Positions 36,666-46,754 of a stretch of 64,000 bases of DNA are shown piece by piece. Positions within the stretch are counted from its first letter, which is position 1; each line of letters begins with the position of its first letter. The DNA is from a bacterium (GTDB lineage Bacteria; UBA8248), in assembly GCA_965199855.1 (NCBI GenBank), contig OZ241326.1:1632001-1696000 (forward strand), written 5' to 3'. A model generated the notes under the pieces. It had not been told where the DNA came from. It saw nothing but the letters and a program-made list of their open reading frames with translations, and did no database searches. The position numbers and the translations under genes were made by a program.

Positions 36666-39600
36666 ATGTTCCGGTTTCTGAAGTGGTCTGCCTGGATTCT
36701 CGGCGCGTTCGTCGTTCTCCTTGTCGCCGCCGTCCTCGCCGTGCAGGTTTTCCTCTCCTCGGACGAGGTCGTCAGAATCGTGGAGAGGGAGGGGCGCAAG
36801 CTCCTGGGCAGAAAAGTATCCATCGAGCGGCTGGAACTGGGTTTGTTCAAGATCACGGCGAGCGGAGTCGCCGTGGAGGGAGCGGGCGGGAAGGGCGAAG
36901 AAGCCGAAGCGGGCGGCAGGCCCTTCATCCGTCTCGCGGAGGTTGACGTTCTCTGGAATCCCTCGGCCCTGCTTTATCGGCGCGTCAGCGTCGTGCAGCT
37001 CACCGTCCGGGGCGGATCCTTTCGGGTGCGCCGGGACGCGCGCGGGAAATTCGATTTCCGCGACGTCATCGAGCGTCTGCGCCGGCCGGCGAAGAATGCG
37101 GAGGGGAGCCGGGCGGGAGGGCTGAAAATTCCCTTCCTCGCGCCCGCCTCCGCCGAGGCGGCGCCTGACGCCGCCGGGGGCGTCGGGCTTGGCTTCGGCT
37201 TCGTGATTCACGAACTGGATTTGTACGACGTAGCCGGCGAGGTTCGCTTCGCCGCCGGAGACGCCGCGCCGGCCTTCGCCGCCTCGTGCTCTCTCGCGCA
37301 CGTAGAGGTGGACAGGATAGCCCCGGGCGAGCCGCTGGACGTTTTTGTGGACGGGCGATGCCGCAGGCCGGGAGGCCCGCCGCTCATCCGGCTCAAGGGC
37401 GACGCGCGCGCGGACCTGGGCTCGCGGCGCTATCGCGCCTCGCTCGACGTCCCCCTGCTTGACGCATCCTTCATGGACGCCCTCTCGCCGGGAGGGGAGA
37501 ATTATCGCCTGCGAAGCGGGACTCTCGCGGGAAGCGCGAAGCTCGCCTACGCCGCCGGGGAGCCGCTCGCCTGGGAGGCTGACTTGCGGGGGCGCGCCAT
37601 CCGGGCGGATTTTCGGGCGAACCCTGGGGGGAAATGGCGCGCGTTGCGCCTGCCCGCGCTGAAGCTCAAGGCGAAGGGCCGATACGCTCCGACCGGGGGC
37701 TCCGCTCACGTGGAGTCCCTGCTTTTCGAGACGCCTCTTGCGAACGTCAGGCTCACGAAGCCCTCCTTCTGGAGCGTCGCGGGGAAGGACGAGATTCACG
37801 TAGAGGCGCGCGTCAAGGACATGGCCGGGGTCGGCGGCTGGGTTTCCGCGATAGCCGGCTTTTCCCTTCCCTGGCTGAAAAAGGGCGCGGCGGCGGAGGT
37901 GACGATATCGGCCGCGCGGGATCGCCGGAAGACCGCCGGCGCCGTTCGCGCGGAGGCGGCGGCGCGCTTCGACCCCGTGGGACTGGCCGCGTTTCTTCCG
38001 TTCTTCTCTCTCGACAATCGCGTCACGGACGTAAGGGGGAGCGCGGGCGGGAAGGCGCGCGTGGTTTTCGTCTCCGGCGAGACCGAGCGGTGGGACGTGG
38101 ATTTGCAGGCGCGGAGCGCGTCCGCCCGCGTCCGCATGAACGAGCGAAAGCCCTGGCGGGATCTGCGGTTCGAGGCGCTGGCGCTGCGCTCGAAGGGAAG
38201 CTTCGACGAGCGGGACGGCTCCGCGCGAATCGACGCCCTGGAAATCGAGCTGCCCTTCGCGGCGGCGAGGCTCGACAAGCCCGCCAGGTGGAACGTCTCG
38301 GGGCGGGATGAAGCCGCCCTGTCGATCGACGTGGGCGATCTCGCGTCCGTGGCCGATTTGCTGGCGCGGCTCGGGCTGGCGTCGCTCGAGGGCTTTCCCG
38401 ACGGGACGAGGGCGCGCCTCACGGCCGCCTTGTCCCGGAACCGGAAAGAGACATCGGGCTTCCGGGCGGAGGCGGACGCGCGCTTCGCCGCCCTGCCGAT
38501 TGCGCCCTTCGTGCGCCTGACGCCGCTGCCCGCTTCGGTGAAAAAGCCCGCGGGCCGGGTGAGCGGCGCGCTGCGCGTTTCCCTGAGCCCCGCCGGCGCC
38601 GTTCGCTGGGACGCCGACCTCGCCGGAAAAAAAATCGGCGCGATCGCCGGGAAAGCCCCGGACGGGAAGCCCCGCGCCGTCTCCCTCGATTCGGCCGTCC
38701 TCCGGACGACGGGCGTCCGGCTCCCCGCGGACGGCTCCTTCAGGGTCGGGAGGTTCGAGCTGGAGCTCCCCTTCGCCAGGGCGCGCCTCAATCGCGCGGC
38801 GACCTGGGGCGGGAAGGCCGGAGATGCGTTTTCGCTGACGCTCGACGTCACGGATTCGGGCGCCGCCGGCCGCTGGCTGGAGAGGCTCGCGGCGTTTCCC
38901 GTTCCCTTGGCGCCCGGCGGCGAGAAGATGAAAATCCTGCTCTCCGGGGAGAGAAGCGGAAAGAACGGACGCGGCTTCTCCTACGAGGCGTCCGCCTCGT
39001 TCGACGCCTTGCGCGTGGCCCCCCTGCTCGAACTCGCGCGCCTCTCTCCCGCGCCTTACCGCCTGGCGGGGGAGGTCGCCGGAAAGGCCGCGCTCGCCTA
39101 TGCGCCGGGCCGGAGAATCGCGTGGGACCTCGACCTCGAAAGCGGCGATCTGCGCGCGGGCGCTCTCGCGTCCCCGGCGCGAAAGCGGCGCGGGGCGGGG
39201 GCGGGGAAAGTGAGCCTCAAAACCGCCGGCTCCTATGATTTGCGGAGCCGGTCCGCCAGACTGCGGAGTTTCGACCTCTCCGCCCCCTTCGGCCGGGTGC
39301 GGATGCCGAAGCCCGCGCGCTGGAACGTGGAGGGGAGGGACGCGGCCCGGCTTCGGTGGAGGGTATCGAGCCTCGGTGAGGCGGCGCGGCTGGCCGGCGC
39401 CGTTTTCGGGGAGCCTTTTTCGAAATTGTCGGCGGCGGGCGGCGCCGACGGCTGGTTCGCCTTCTGGAGAAACAGAAAGAAGATGAAGGCACCGGCCGTC
39501 GGCTTCTCGGCCGCCGTGAAACTGCGCTCGCTCGCCCATGCCGACTATCCCAACCTGCGGCTGGCGGGCGAGGCTTCCGGGCGGATGAGCGGCGGCGTCC

Positions 39601-40829
39601 TCAAAATCCGCGCGCCGGAGCTGCGGCTGAGCGACGCGGGCAGGCCGGGCGCGCCGCCCGACGTCGTTCTGCGGGGGCTGAGCGCGTCCCTGGGCCGGGC
39701 GCCTCTCATGCGGGGGGAGCTGCGCGCGGCGGGCGTTCAGGCGAAGTCCCTCGAAGTCCGCTATCTGCATGACGCGGAGCGAAGGAGCAATTTCGCGTCC
39801 CTGTTCCGGCGGCGGAAGGAGAAGCGCTCCTCCGGAACGGGAGGCGGGGAGACGGGAAAAGCGGCGCCGGGCGTGAGGCGCGCGGCGGCTCCTCCGCCTT
39901 CAGGGGCAGGGGCGGCGCGCGTCAGGCGGGCGTCTGGAAGGGCGGAGCGGGAGGCGGGCGGGCCGCCGCTTCCCGTCATCAATGTCAAGAAGTTTGAAAT
40001 TCAGAAGTTGGCGCTTCATTTCGAGGACAGGCTCGAGAAGGACAAGCCGCCGATTGTCTGGGAGATTCCCGACGCCAGGGTGGTGGTGACGAACTTCGAC
40101 ACGCGCATGGCGCCGAACCTGCGCGAAACGCGCCTGGCGCTCAAGACGCTCGGCGGGGAGACTCCTTCGGTTTCTGCGAAAGCCTCGCTCAATCCCGCCC
40201 GGATGCCGCCGGACGTGGAGGGGACTTTCAGCCTCTCGGGGTTCGACCTTCGAGAAATATCCTCCTACGCCCGCGGCGTCGAGGGCGACAGCGTGGGCGC
40301 GGCGCTGATGCGCGGAACCAGAATAACGAGGGGGAGGCTCGATTTCCGCACCGCCTATTCGCTCAGGGACGGGCAGCTGGACCTGAAGGGGCGCGCCAAA
40401 ATTGTCGGACTGCGCCTGAAGCCGGACGGCGAGAATCCGCTGAGCGGCATCGCGATGAAAATCATCGAGAGGACGGCGCTGCGTCCGCTCAAGAAGAAGG
40501 GCGACGCGCTTTCGCTCGACGTCAGCGTGTCGGGCCGGGTGGACGATCCCGACTTCCACCTGCTGGACGCCGTCGTGGAGCCGGTGTTCGCCAATCTTTT
40601 CGAGCAGGTGGCGAGTCTGGGCTCCGACGTGACGAGCGCCCTGGACGAGATTCTCGGCATGGCGATCGAGGGCGTGCGGAAGGTGCTGCCCGGGGCGCAG
40701 CGCGGCGAGGACGCCGGGAAGGAGGCCGCTCCCCGGAGAGGGCCGTTCGGAACGATAGGGAAGGGAATCGGGGACGTTCTCGAGGGCCTTTTCGGGGACG
40801 GGAAGAAACCGGGCGAAAAATCCGAGTGA
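36666..40829 (+). CDS. AsmA-like/DUF748 envelope protein with four internal ~172-aa repeats
   Basis: N-terminal TM anchor and AsmA-like start (LGRKVSIERLEL), amphipathic beta-strand repeats, C-terminal LDVSVSGRVDDPDFH typical of DUF748. Confidence 0.75.
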   Translation: MFRFLKWSAWILGAFVVLLVAAVLAVQVFLSSDEVVRIVEREGRKLLGRKVSIERLELGLFKITASGVAVEGAGGKGEEAEAGGRPFIRLAEVDVLWNPSALLYRRVSVVQLTVRGGSFRVRRDARGKFDFRDVIERLRRPAKNAEGSRAGGLKIPFLAPASAEAAPDAAGGVGLGFGFVIHELDLYDVAGEVRFAAGDAAPAFAASCSLAHVEVDRIAPGEPLDVFVDGRCRRPGGPPLIRLKGDARADLGSRRYRASLDVPLLDASFMDALSPGGENYRLRSGTLAGSAKLAYAAGEPLAWEADLRGRAIRADFRANPGGKWRALRLPALKLKAKGRYAPTGGSAHVESLLFETPLANVRLTKPSFWSVAGKDEIHVEARVKDMAGVGGWVSAIAGFSLPWLKKGAAAEVTISAARDRRKTAGAVRAEAAARFDPVGLAAFLPFFSLDNRVTDVRGSAGGKARVVFVSGETERWDVDLQARSASARVRMNERKPWRDLRFEALALRSKGSFDERDGSARIDALEIELPFAAARLDKPARWNVSGRDEAALSIDVGDLASVADLLARLGLASLEGFPDGTRARLTAALSRNRKETSGFRAEADARFAALPIAPFVRLTPLPASVKKPAGRVSGALRVSLSPAGAVRWDADLAGKKIGAIAGKAPDGKPRAVSLDSAVLRTTGVRLPADGSFRVGRFELELPFARARLNRAATWGGKAGDAFSLTLDVTDSGAAGRWLERLAAFPVPLAPGGEKMKILLSGERSGKNGRGFSYEASASFDALRVAPLLELARLSPAPYRLAGEVAGKAALAYAPGRRIAWDLDLESGDLRAGALASPARKRRGAGAGKVSLKTAGSYDLRSRSARLRSFDLSAPFGRVRMPKPARWNVEGRDAARLRWRVSSLGEAARLAGAVFGEPFSKLSAAGGADGWFAFWRNRKKMKAPAVGFSAAVKLRSLAHADYPNLRLAGEASGRMSGGVLKIRAPELRLSDAGRPGAPPDVVLRGLSASLGRAPLMRGELRAAGVQAKSLEVRYLHDAERRSNFASLFRRRKEKRSSGTGGGETGKAAPGVRRAAAPPPSGAGAARVRRASGRAEREAGGPPLPVINVKKFEIQKLALHFEDRLEKDKPPIVWEIPDARVVVTNFDTRMAPNLRETRLALKTLGGETPSVSAKASLNPARMPPDVEGTFSLSGFDLREISSYARGVEGDSVGAALMRGTRITRGRLDFRTAYSLRDGQLDLKGRAKIVGLRLKPDGENPLSGIAMKIIERTALRPLKKKGDALSLDVSVSGRVDDPDFHLLDAVVEPVFANLFEQVASLGSDVTSALDEILGMAIEGVRKVLPGAQRGEDAGKEAAPRRGPFGTIGKGIGDVLEGLFGDGKKPGEKSE

Positions 40830-40841
40830 GGGGGGCGGCCC

Positions 40842-41788
40842 TTGCCGCGCGGCGTTCTGGTGGTGAGTCCCTGGCATCGGCGATACGCGGAGGAGCTGAA
40901 GCGGCAGGCGCCGGGAGTTCGCGCCGCCGGCTGCGCCGGCGCGGAGGACGCGCCCGCCGATCTGTCGCCCTTCGACGCCGCCCTCGCCTGGAAGATGGAC
41001 AACGCGCTTCTCGAACGCTGGCCCGCGCTGGAGTGGATGCAGCTGGTCTCCGCGGGCGCGGACCACATTCTCTCCCTGCCCGCCCTGCGCCCCGGGGTCG
41101 CCGTCACCTCCGCGCGGGGCGTTCACGCGAGCCCATCGCCGACTATGCGATGATGATGCTCTCCGCCCTCTCCATGGGCCTGAAAAGCATGATGGCGAAC
41201 CAGGCGGAGCGCAGATGGAAGCCCTGGGGCTGGCGGGACCTGGAGGGCCGCGCGCTTTGCCAGGTCGGCATGGGCGCCATCGGGCGCGAAATCGCCCGCC
41301 GCGCCGGATGCGCCGGGATGCGCGTGCTGGGCGTGAGCCGCTCGGGCGCGTCGGGGGCGGACGAGGCGGATTCCCTCTTCCCGGCGGATGAAATCGAGGA
41401 GGCGCTCGGGCGCGCCGACTGCGTCGTCCTCGCTGTCCCCCATACCCCCGAAACGAAGGCCCTGATGAACGCGGAGAGGCTGGCCGCCATGAAGCCCGGC
41501 GCGCATCTCGTCAACGTGGCGCGGGGCGAGACGCTCGACGAGGACGCCCTGGTTCGCGCGCTCGATAGCGGCCATCTGGCCGGCGCCGCGCTGGACGTTT
41601 TCCCGGAAGAACCCCTGCCCGCCGACAGCCCGCTATGGGGGGTGAAAAACCTCATCATCACCCCCCACGTTTCGGGCCTCGCGCGCGACTATATTCCGCG
41701 CGTCTGCCGCGTATTCGTCGAAAACCATGAGAATCGCGCGCGCGGGCGACCCCTGAAAAACCTCATCGACAGGGAGCGCGGCTATTAA
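40842..41788 (+). pseudogene. D-2-hydroxyacid dehydrogenase with 1-nt frameshift
   Basis: 5' frame LEWMQLVSAGADH...VTSARGVHA joins 3' frame EPIADY...GMGAIG...VNVARG...LDVF..EPL...ITPHVSG; one base missing near 41128 (gttcacgc^gagccc). Confidence 0.85.
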
Positions 41789-41931
41789 CCTCCGCGCGCC
41801 GTTCCATTAACGTCAAATTTTTCTTGCGCTTCCCGATTGAATCTGATATTGTTTCTAGGTTTTCCTCTGCCCGGGGACGCAGCGTTCCGCCAACGCCCGA
41901 AAGCTTCGGCGGGACAAGTGGGGTTTCGCGT

Positions 41932-44900
41932 ATGCCTGTTCGTCGCTCGGGCGCCAAGCCCAAACCCGCGTCAAGCTCGCTTTCCGAGAGAACCGGCGAA
42001 ATCGTCGGCCTGTGCCTGATCGGCTTCGCAGTCTTTCTGGCGATGTCGCTGTGGACTTTCCACGCCGGCGATCCCTCCTGGGGTTCGCGCGTCAACGCGG
42101 AATGGTCGGTTCGCAATTACGGGGGGGTCGTGGGCGCGCACGCCGCGGGCGTCATGGTGCAGACGCTGGGCGCCTTCTCCGCGCTCATGCCCGTGGGCCT
42201 GATTCTCTGGGGGGTGGCGGCGTTCGCCGGTCTGCGCTCCTGGCGGCCGGGCTGGCGCGGGCTGGTCGGCCTGCTTTGGCTCCTGAGCGCGTCGGGCCTG
42301 CTTTACAAGGCGTTCGCCGTCGATCCTCTCTTCGGGGCGCCGACGCTGGCGGGCGGCATGGTCGGCTACCTCGTCGTGAAGGCGCTGGAAGCCTATCTGG
42401 GAGGGGCGGGAAGCGGGCTTTCGCTCGTCTTCGTCTTTCTCGCCGCCCTCGTCGGGGCGACGGGCTTCTCGCTCAGAAAACTGGCCGCCGCGTTCGCGGG
42501 CGCGCAGGCGTGGTTTCTCTCGCGCTTTTTCGCAAGGATGAAAAAAGCCGCGCGGAAAGCGTCCCGGGGCGCCGCGTCCCGCGCCAAAAGGCTGGGCGCG
42601 GCGGCCATGGCCCTGCGCCTCTCTTTGCGCCGGCGCGCGCCCGCCGATGAATACGAAGCCGAATACGTAGAGGCCGTATGCGCCGGGGAGAATGAGGCCG
42701 GATATGTCGAGGAGTATGAGGGAGAAGAGGCCGGATATGGCGATGCGCGTGAAGCGCGGGATGAGGACGCCGGATATGCCGATGGTGAACTGATCGGCGC
42801 GGCGCCGGAGCCTTCGGGCGCTTCGCGGGAACGGGAGGTTGTCGAACCGGCCGCCGCGCCGGATGACTCGCTCCCGCCGCGTCGAAAGAACGGGCGGGAC
42901 GGCCGGCGCGCCGCCGGGTTTTCGGAGGAGGGCGGCCCCTCGCTGTTCGGCGGCGGGAAATTCCCCGAGACGGAGGCGTTCGCGCCCTCCGCGCGGGCGA
43001 TGGAGGAGGAGCCGGCGCGCCCCGAAGCCGCCCCGGACGCGCTTTGCGGACCGGCGACCGACTCCGGCGGAGAGGCGCGCGGAGGGCGGGAGAAGGCGCC
43101 GCCCCGGGAGGATGAGCCGCTCCGGCCTTCCGCCGACGAAGAAGAGGGGGCCGGCCCGTCCCTGCTGGACGCGACGACCGGCGAGGCGCGGGGAGCGGAC
43201 GCCGGCGATGCGGCGGGCGGCGGCGCGGAGGCCTGGGGAGAGCCGATCTCTCAGGATCCGCGAGATATGGAATATCCGGAACATCCGCGAAGCGCGCCGG
43301 AGGAGCAGCAGCAGCCGCATCCCTATGGCGACGCTTCTCTGGAGGCGATGGAAGAGATCGAAGAACGCGAAGAAGACGCTCTCTCGCGCGAGGCGCCGGC
43401 CGCGCCGCTCGCCGAACTGATTTCCGACGACGCCGGGAGGCGCCCCGCCGATTCGCCTCCGGCGAACGCGGAGGATTCCCCGGAGGATGATGACCCGGTG
43501 GAGGCTCTGCTGGAGTCCATCTCCGGCGGAGCGTCGGGGGACGCCCTCCCGGAAAACGGGGCATTGAAGGCCGGAGCGTCGGAGAACGGAGCGTCCGCGA
43601 AAGGTGCCCCGGAAAGCGCGGCATCGGGAAATGGCGCCCCGGGAAGCGGCGCGTCAGGGAACGGCGAGGCCCCGGCCGGGGACGTGAAGGTTCGGAGCGC
43701 GGGAGCGGACGGGGAGGCGGAGGTCGTCCGCATCCAGGAGGACTCTCTGGTTCGCTCCGGGGCGGGGACGGAGACCCGCGCGGTCGGAAGGCGTCCCCCC
43801 GAGCCGAGGCGGGAATACAGGCTTCCTTCGCTGGAGATTTTCGCGGACCCGCCCGCCGGCGGGCTGATAGTGGACGAGGCGGCCATCCGCGAGAAGTCGC
43901 TGCTTCTGGAGCAGACCCTGGGCGAGTTCGGCGTCAGCGGAAAAGTGACGGAGGTGAAGACGGGCCCGGTCATCACCATCTTCGAGTATGACCCCGCCCC
44001 GGGCATCAAGGTTTCCAAAATCACCGGCCTCGCCGACGACCTCGCCCGCGCACTCTCCGCGCTCAGCGTGCGCATCGTCGCCCCGATACCCGGAAAGTCG
44101 GTCGTGGGCATCGAGGTTCCCAACCTCAAGCGCGGCGCGGTGTTCGCCAAGGAGGTGTTCTCCTCGAGAGAGTTCCTCCAGGCGGAGAGCAAGCTCACCA
44201 TGGGCCTGGGCAAGGACATTCTCGGAAGAACGGCGTTCACCGACCTGGCGACGATTCCCCATCTTCTCATCGCGGGCACGACCGGCTCGGGGAAGAGCGT
44301 CGCCCTGAACATGATGATCTGCAGCCTTCTGGCGAGGCGCACGCCGCGCGAGGTGCGCTTCTTGATGATCGACCCCAAGATGCTGGAGCTCTCCATCTAC
44401 GAGGGCATCCCCCACCAGCTCGTGCCCGTGGTGACCGACCCGAAGAAGGCCGCGGCGGGACTGCGGGGCGTCCTGGCGGAGATGGAGCGCCGCTACCGGC
44501 TCATGAGCGAGGCGGGGGTGCGGAACATCCAGGGCTACAACGAGTCCGTGGCGCGGCAGCTGGGCGAGCGGGAATCGGAGCGGAGGCTGAAGGAGCCTCC
44601 CTCCGGGGAGAGCGAGGCGCTGGACTTCCTGCCCTACGTCGTCGTGGTGATAGACGAGCTGGCGGACTTGATGATGGTCGCCCCGCGCGAGGTGGAGGAG
44701 TCGATGACGCGCCTGGCGCAGATGGCGCGCGCCTCGGGGATCCACCTGCTGGTGGCGACCCAGCGTCCCTCGGTGGACGTTCTCACCGGCCTCATCAAGG
44801 CGAATTTTCCCTCCCGCATGGCCCTGCGCGTGGCCACCAGGACGGACTCGCGGACGATTCTGGACGCGAACGGCGCGGAGCGGCTTCTGGGCAAGGGGGA

Positions 44901-45300
44901 CATGCTCTTCGTGCCGCCCGGCTCGAGCGTTCCCGTCCGCATTCACGGCGCCTACGTTTCGGACGAAGAAATCTCGCAGCTGGTGGCGCACTGGAAGGGC
45001 CAGGGCTCGGCGGTGTTCCACGAGGACTGGTTCGTGGAGGAGGAGAGCGCGTCCGCGGGCGAGGAGGGCGAGGAGGAGGAGCACGACGAGCGCTACGACG
45101 ACGCCATCGCCCTGGTCGCCAGAACGCGCGAGGCGTCCATCTCCCTCATCCAGCGACATTTGCGGATTGGATACAACAGGGCGGCGCGCATGATCGAGCG
45201 CATGGAGCAGGAGGGAATCATCGGCCCGGCGGACGGCGTGAAGCGCAGGCAGGTGCTGGTGAGCGAGATTCCGGGAGAGGAGCCGGTGGAGGCTTCCTGA
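41932..45300 (+). CDS. ftsK: DNA translocase FtsK
   Basis: N-terminal 4TM (NYGGVVGA), acidic linker, PHLLIAGTTGSGKS, IDELADLMM, ATQRPSVDV, gamma domain QRHLRIGYNRAAR. Confidence 0.96.
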   Translation: MPVRRSGAKPKPASSSLSERTGEIVGLCLIGFAVFLAMSLWTFHAGDPSWGSRVNAEWSVRNYGGVVGAHAAGVMVQTLGAFSALMPVGLILWGVAAFAGLRSWRPGWRGLVGLLWLLSASGLLYKAFAVDPLFGAPTLAGGMVGYLVVKALEAYLGGAGSGLSLVFVFLAALVGATGFSLRKLAAAFAGAQAWFLSRFFARMKKAARKASRGAASRAKRLGAAAMALRLSLRRRAPADEYEAEYVEAVCAGENEAGYVEEYEGEEAGYGDAREARDEDAGYADGELIGAAPEPSGASREREVVEPAAAPDDSLPPRRKNGRDGRRAAGFSEEGGPSLFGGGKFPETEAFAPSARAMEEEPARPEAAPDALCGPATDSGGEARGGREKAPPREDEPLRPSADEEEGAGPSLLDATTGEARGADAGDAAGGGAEAWGEPISQDPRDMEYPEHPRSAPEEQQQPHPYGDASLEAMEEIEEREEDALSREAPAAPLAELISDDAGRRPADSPPANAEDSPEDDDPVEALLESISGGASGDALPENGALKAGASENGASAKGAPESAASGNGAPGSGASGNGEAPAGDVKVRSAGADGEAEVVRIQEDSLVRSGAGTETRAVGRRPPEPRREYRLPSLEIFADPPAGGLIVDEAAIREKSLLLEQTLGEFGVSGKVTEVKTGPVITIFEYDPAPGIKVSKITGLADDLARALSALSVRIVAPIPGKSVVGIEVPNLKRGAVFAKEVFSSREFLQAESKLTMGLGKDILGRTAFTDLATIPHLLIAGTTGSGKSVALNMMICSLLARRTPREVRFLMIDPKMLELSIYEGIPHQLVPVVTDPKKAAAGLRGVLAEMERRYRLMSEAGVRNIQGYNESVARQLGERESERRLKEPPSGESEALDFLPYVVVVIDELADLMMVAPREVEESMTRLAQMARASGIHLLVATQRPSVDVLTGLIKANFPSRMALRVATRTDSRTILDANGAERLLGKGDMLFVPPGSSVPVRIHGAYVSDEEISQLVAHWKGQGSAVFHEDWFVEEESASAGEEGEEEEHDERYDDAIALVARTREASISLIQRHLRIGYNRAARMIERMEQEGIIGPADGVKRRQVLVSEIPGEEPVEAS
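43549..43668 (+). repeat. Degenerate 15-bp (pentapeptide) tandem repeat in the FtsK linker
   Basis: PENGA-LKAGA-SENGA-SAKGA-PESAA-SGNGA-PGSGA-SGNGE, 8 units. Confidence 0.75.
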
Positions 45301-45561
45301 GCCGCCTTGGGCGCGCTTGTCGTCCTTCGCGCGCCGGCTTCGTCCTTCAGCGCGGGACGCGGGAGCGTCCATCTCCAACCATCCTGACGGAGAGTCGGGG
45401 CGGCGGTTGACGACCGCCGGCCGATGGGGAATGATGCGTCTGCGGGTCGGGAAGCATCGCCCACGCGCCCCCGGCTCCATCACCCCGGCCTCCCGGGTGC
45501 CCTTTCGCGGTTCGCGCGGGTTCCCGGGGCTTCGATCAGGCTTGCTCCCGGAGGAGAGGAA

Positions 45562-45888
45562 ATGGCTGAAGGCGTTCTCGAGTTCACGGACCAGAATTTT
45601 CAGGCGGACGTCATCGACTCCGCTGCGCCCGTTCTGGTCGATTTCTGGGCGGAGTGGTGCGCCCCCTGCAAGATGATCGCCCCCGCGGTGGAGGCGCTCG
45701 CCAGCGAATACGAGGGCAGGGTGCGCATCGGCAAGCTGAACATCGACGATAACCCCTCGACTCCCTCGAAATTCGGGATACGCGGCATCCCGACCCTCAT
45801 GCTGTTCAAGGGGGGCGAGGTCGCCGAGCAGATCGTGGGCGTGAAGCCCAAGGCGGACTTGAAGGCCGCCATCGATCGCGCCCTCTAG
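45562..45888 (+). CDS. trxA: Thioredoxin
   Basis: VDFWAEWCAPCKMIAP, GIRGIPTL. Confidence 0.93.
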   Translation: MAEGVLEFTDQNFQADVIDSAAPVLVDFWAEWCAPCKMIAPAVEALASEYEGRVRIGKLNIDDNPSTPSKFGIRGIPTLMLFKGGEVAEQIVGVKPKADLKAAIDRAL

Positions 45889-45938
45889 CCTGGCGCCGCG
45901 CTCCTTGGCTCTCTGACGACTCAGGGAAGTCCCGCCTC

Positions 45939-46745
45939 TTGTCCTGGCTGCGCGAAGCGGCGCTTGACGCATCCGGCCACCGAATCGCCTTCTGCGAGGC
46001 CGGCCCCCCGGACGCGCCCGGCGCGCTCGTCTGCGTTCACGGGGCGGGAGGGAGCAGGGAGGGCTGGATTCGCCTGATGCGCGATCTGGCCGGGCGGGGC
46101 GTCGCGAGCCTGGCGCTCGAACTGCCCGGCCACGGAAAATCCAGCCCCGCGCGGATAGCGGATATTGGGGAATACGCCGGAATCGTCCTGCGGTTTCTGG
46201 AAGCGCGGAAGCTTGAGGCCGCCTGTCTGGCCGGCCATTCCATGGGCGGGGCGGTGGCGTTGCGGTGCGCCCTGTCGCGGCCCGGACTGCCGGGCGGCCT
46301 CGTTCTCATCGGAACCGGCGGGAGGCTCCGCGTGAAGCGGTCGATTCTGGAGGGCGCCGAGAGCCGCTTCGAGGAGACGGTGGAGGAAATCATCGCCTCC
46401 GCCTTCTCCCCGACGGCGGCGGAGGCGCTCCTGAGCGAGGGCGCGCGCGGCCTGCGCTCCTGCCGCCCGGAGACGCTGCGCGGCGACTTTCTCGCGTGCG
46501 ACGCGTTCGACGTTCTCTCCGAACTCGAATCCATCGCCGCGCCCGCCCTGGTCGTCTGCGGGGAGGACGATCTTCTGACGCCGCCCAAATACGCGCGGTT
46601 CCTCGCCGACGGGATGCCGGACGCCAGGCTCGCCCTCATCCCGCGGGCCGGCCACATGGCGATGCTCGAGCGGCCGGAGGCGGTCGGCTCCGAGATCGCG
46701 CGGTTTCTGGATGACCTGCGGGCGTCTCCCGACTCCGGGGGATGA
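45939..46745 (+). CDS. Alpha/beta hydrolase
   Basis: VHGAGG, LPGHG, GHSMGG, GEDD, AGHM. Confidence 0.92.
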   Translation: MSWLREAALDASGHRIAFCEAGPPDAPGALVCVHGAGGSREGWIRLMRDLAGRGVASLALELPGHGKSSPARIADIGEYAGIVLRFLEARKLEAACLAGHSMGGAVALRCALSRPGLPGGLVLIGTGGRLRVKRSILEGAESRFEETVEEIIASAFSPTAAEALLSEGARGLRSCRPETLRGDFLACDAFDVLSELESIAAPALVVCGEDDLLTPPKYARFLADGMPDARLALIPRAGHMAMLERPEAVGSEIARFLDDLRASPDSGG

Positions 46746-46754
46746 GCCGAGGCG

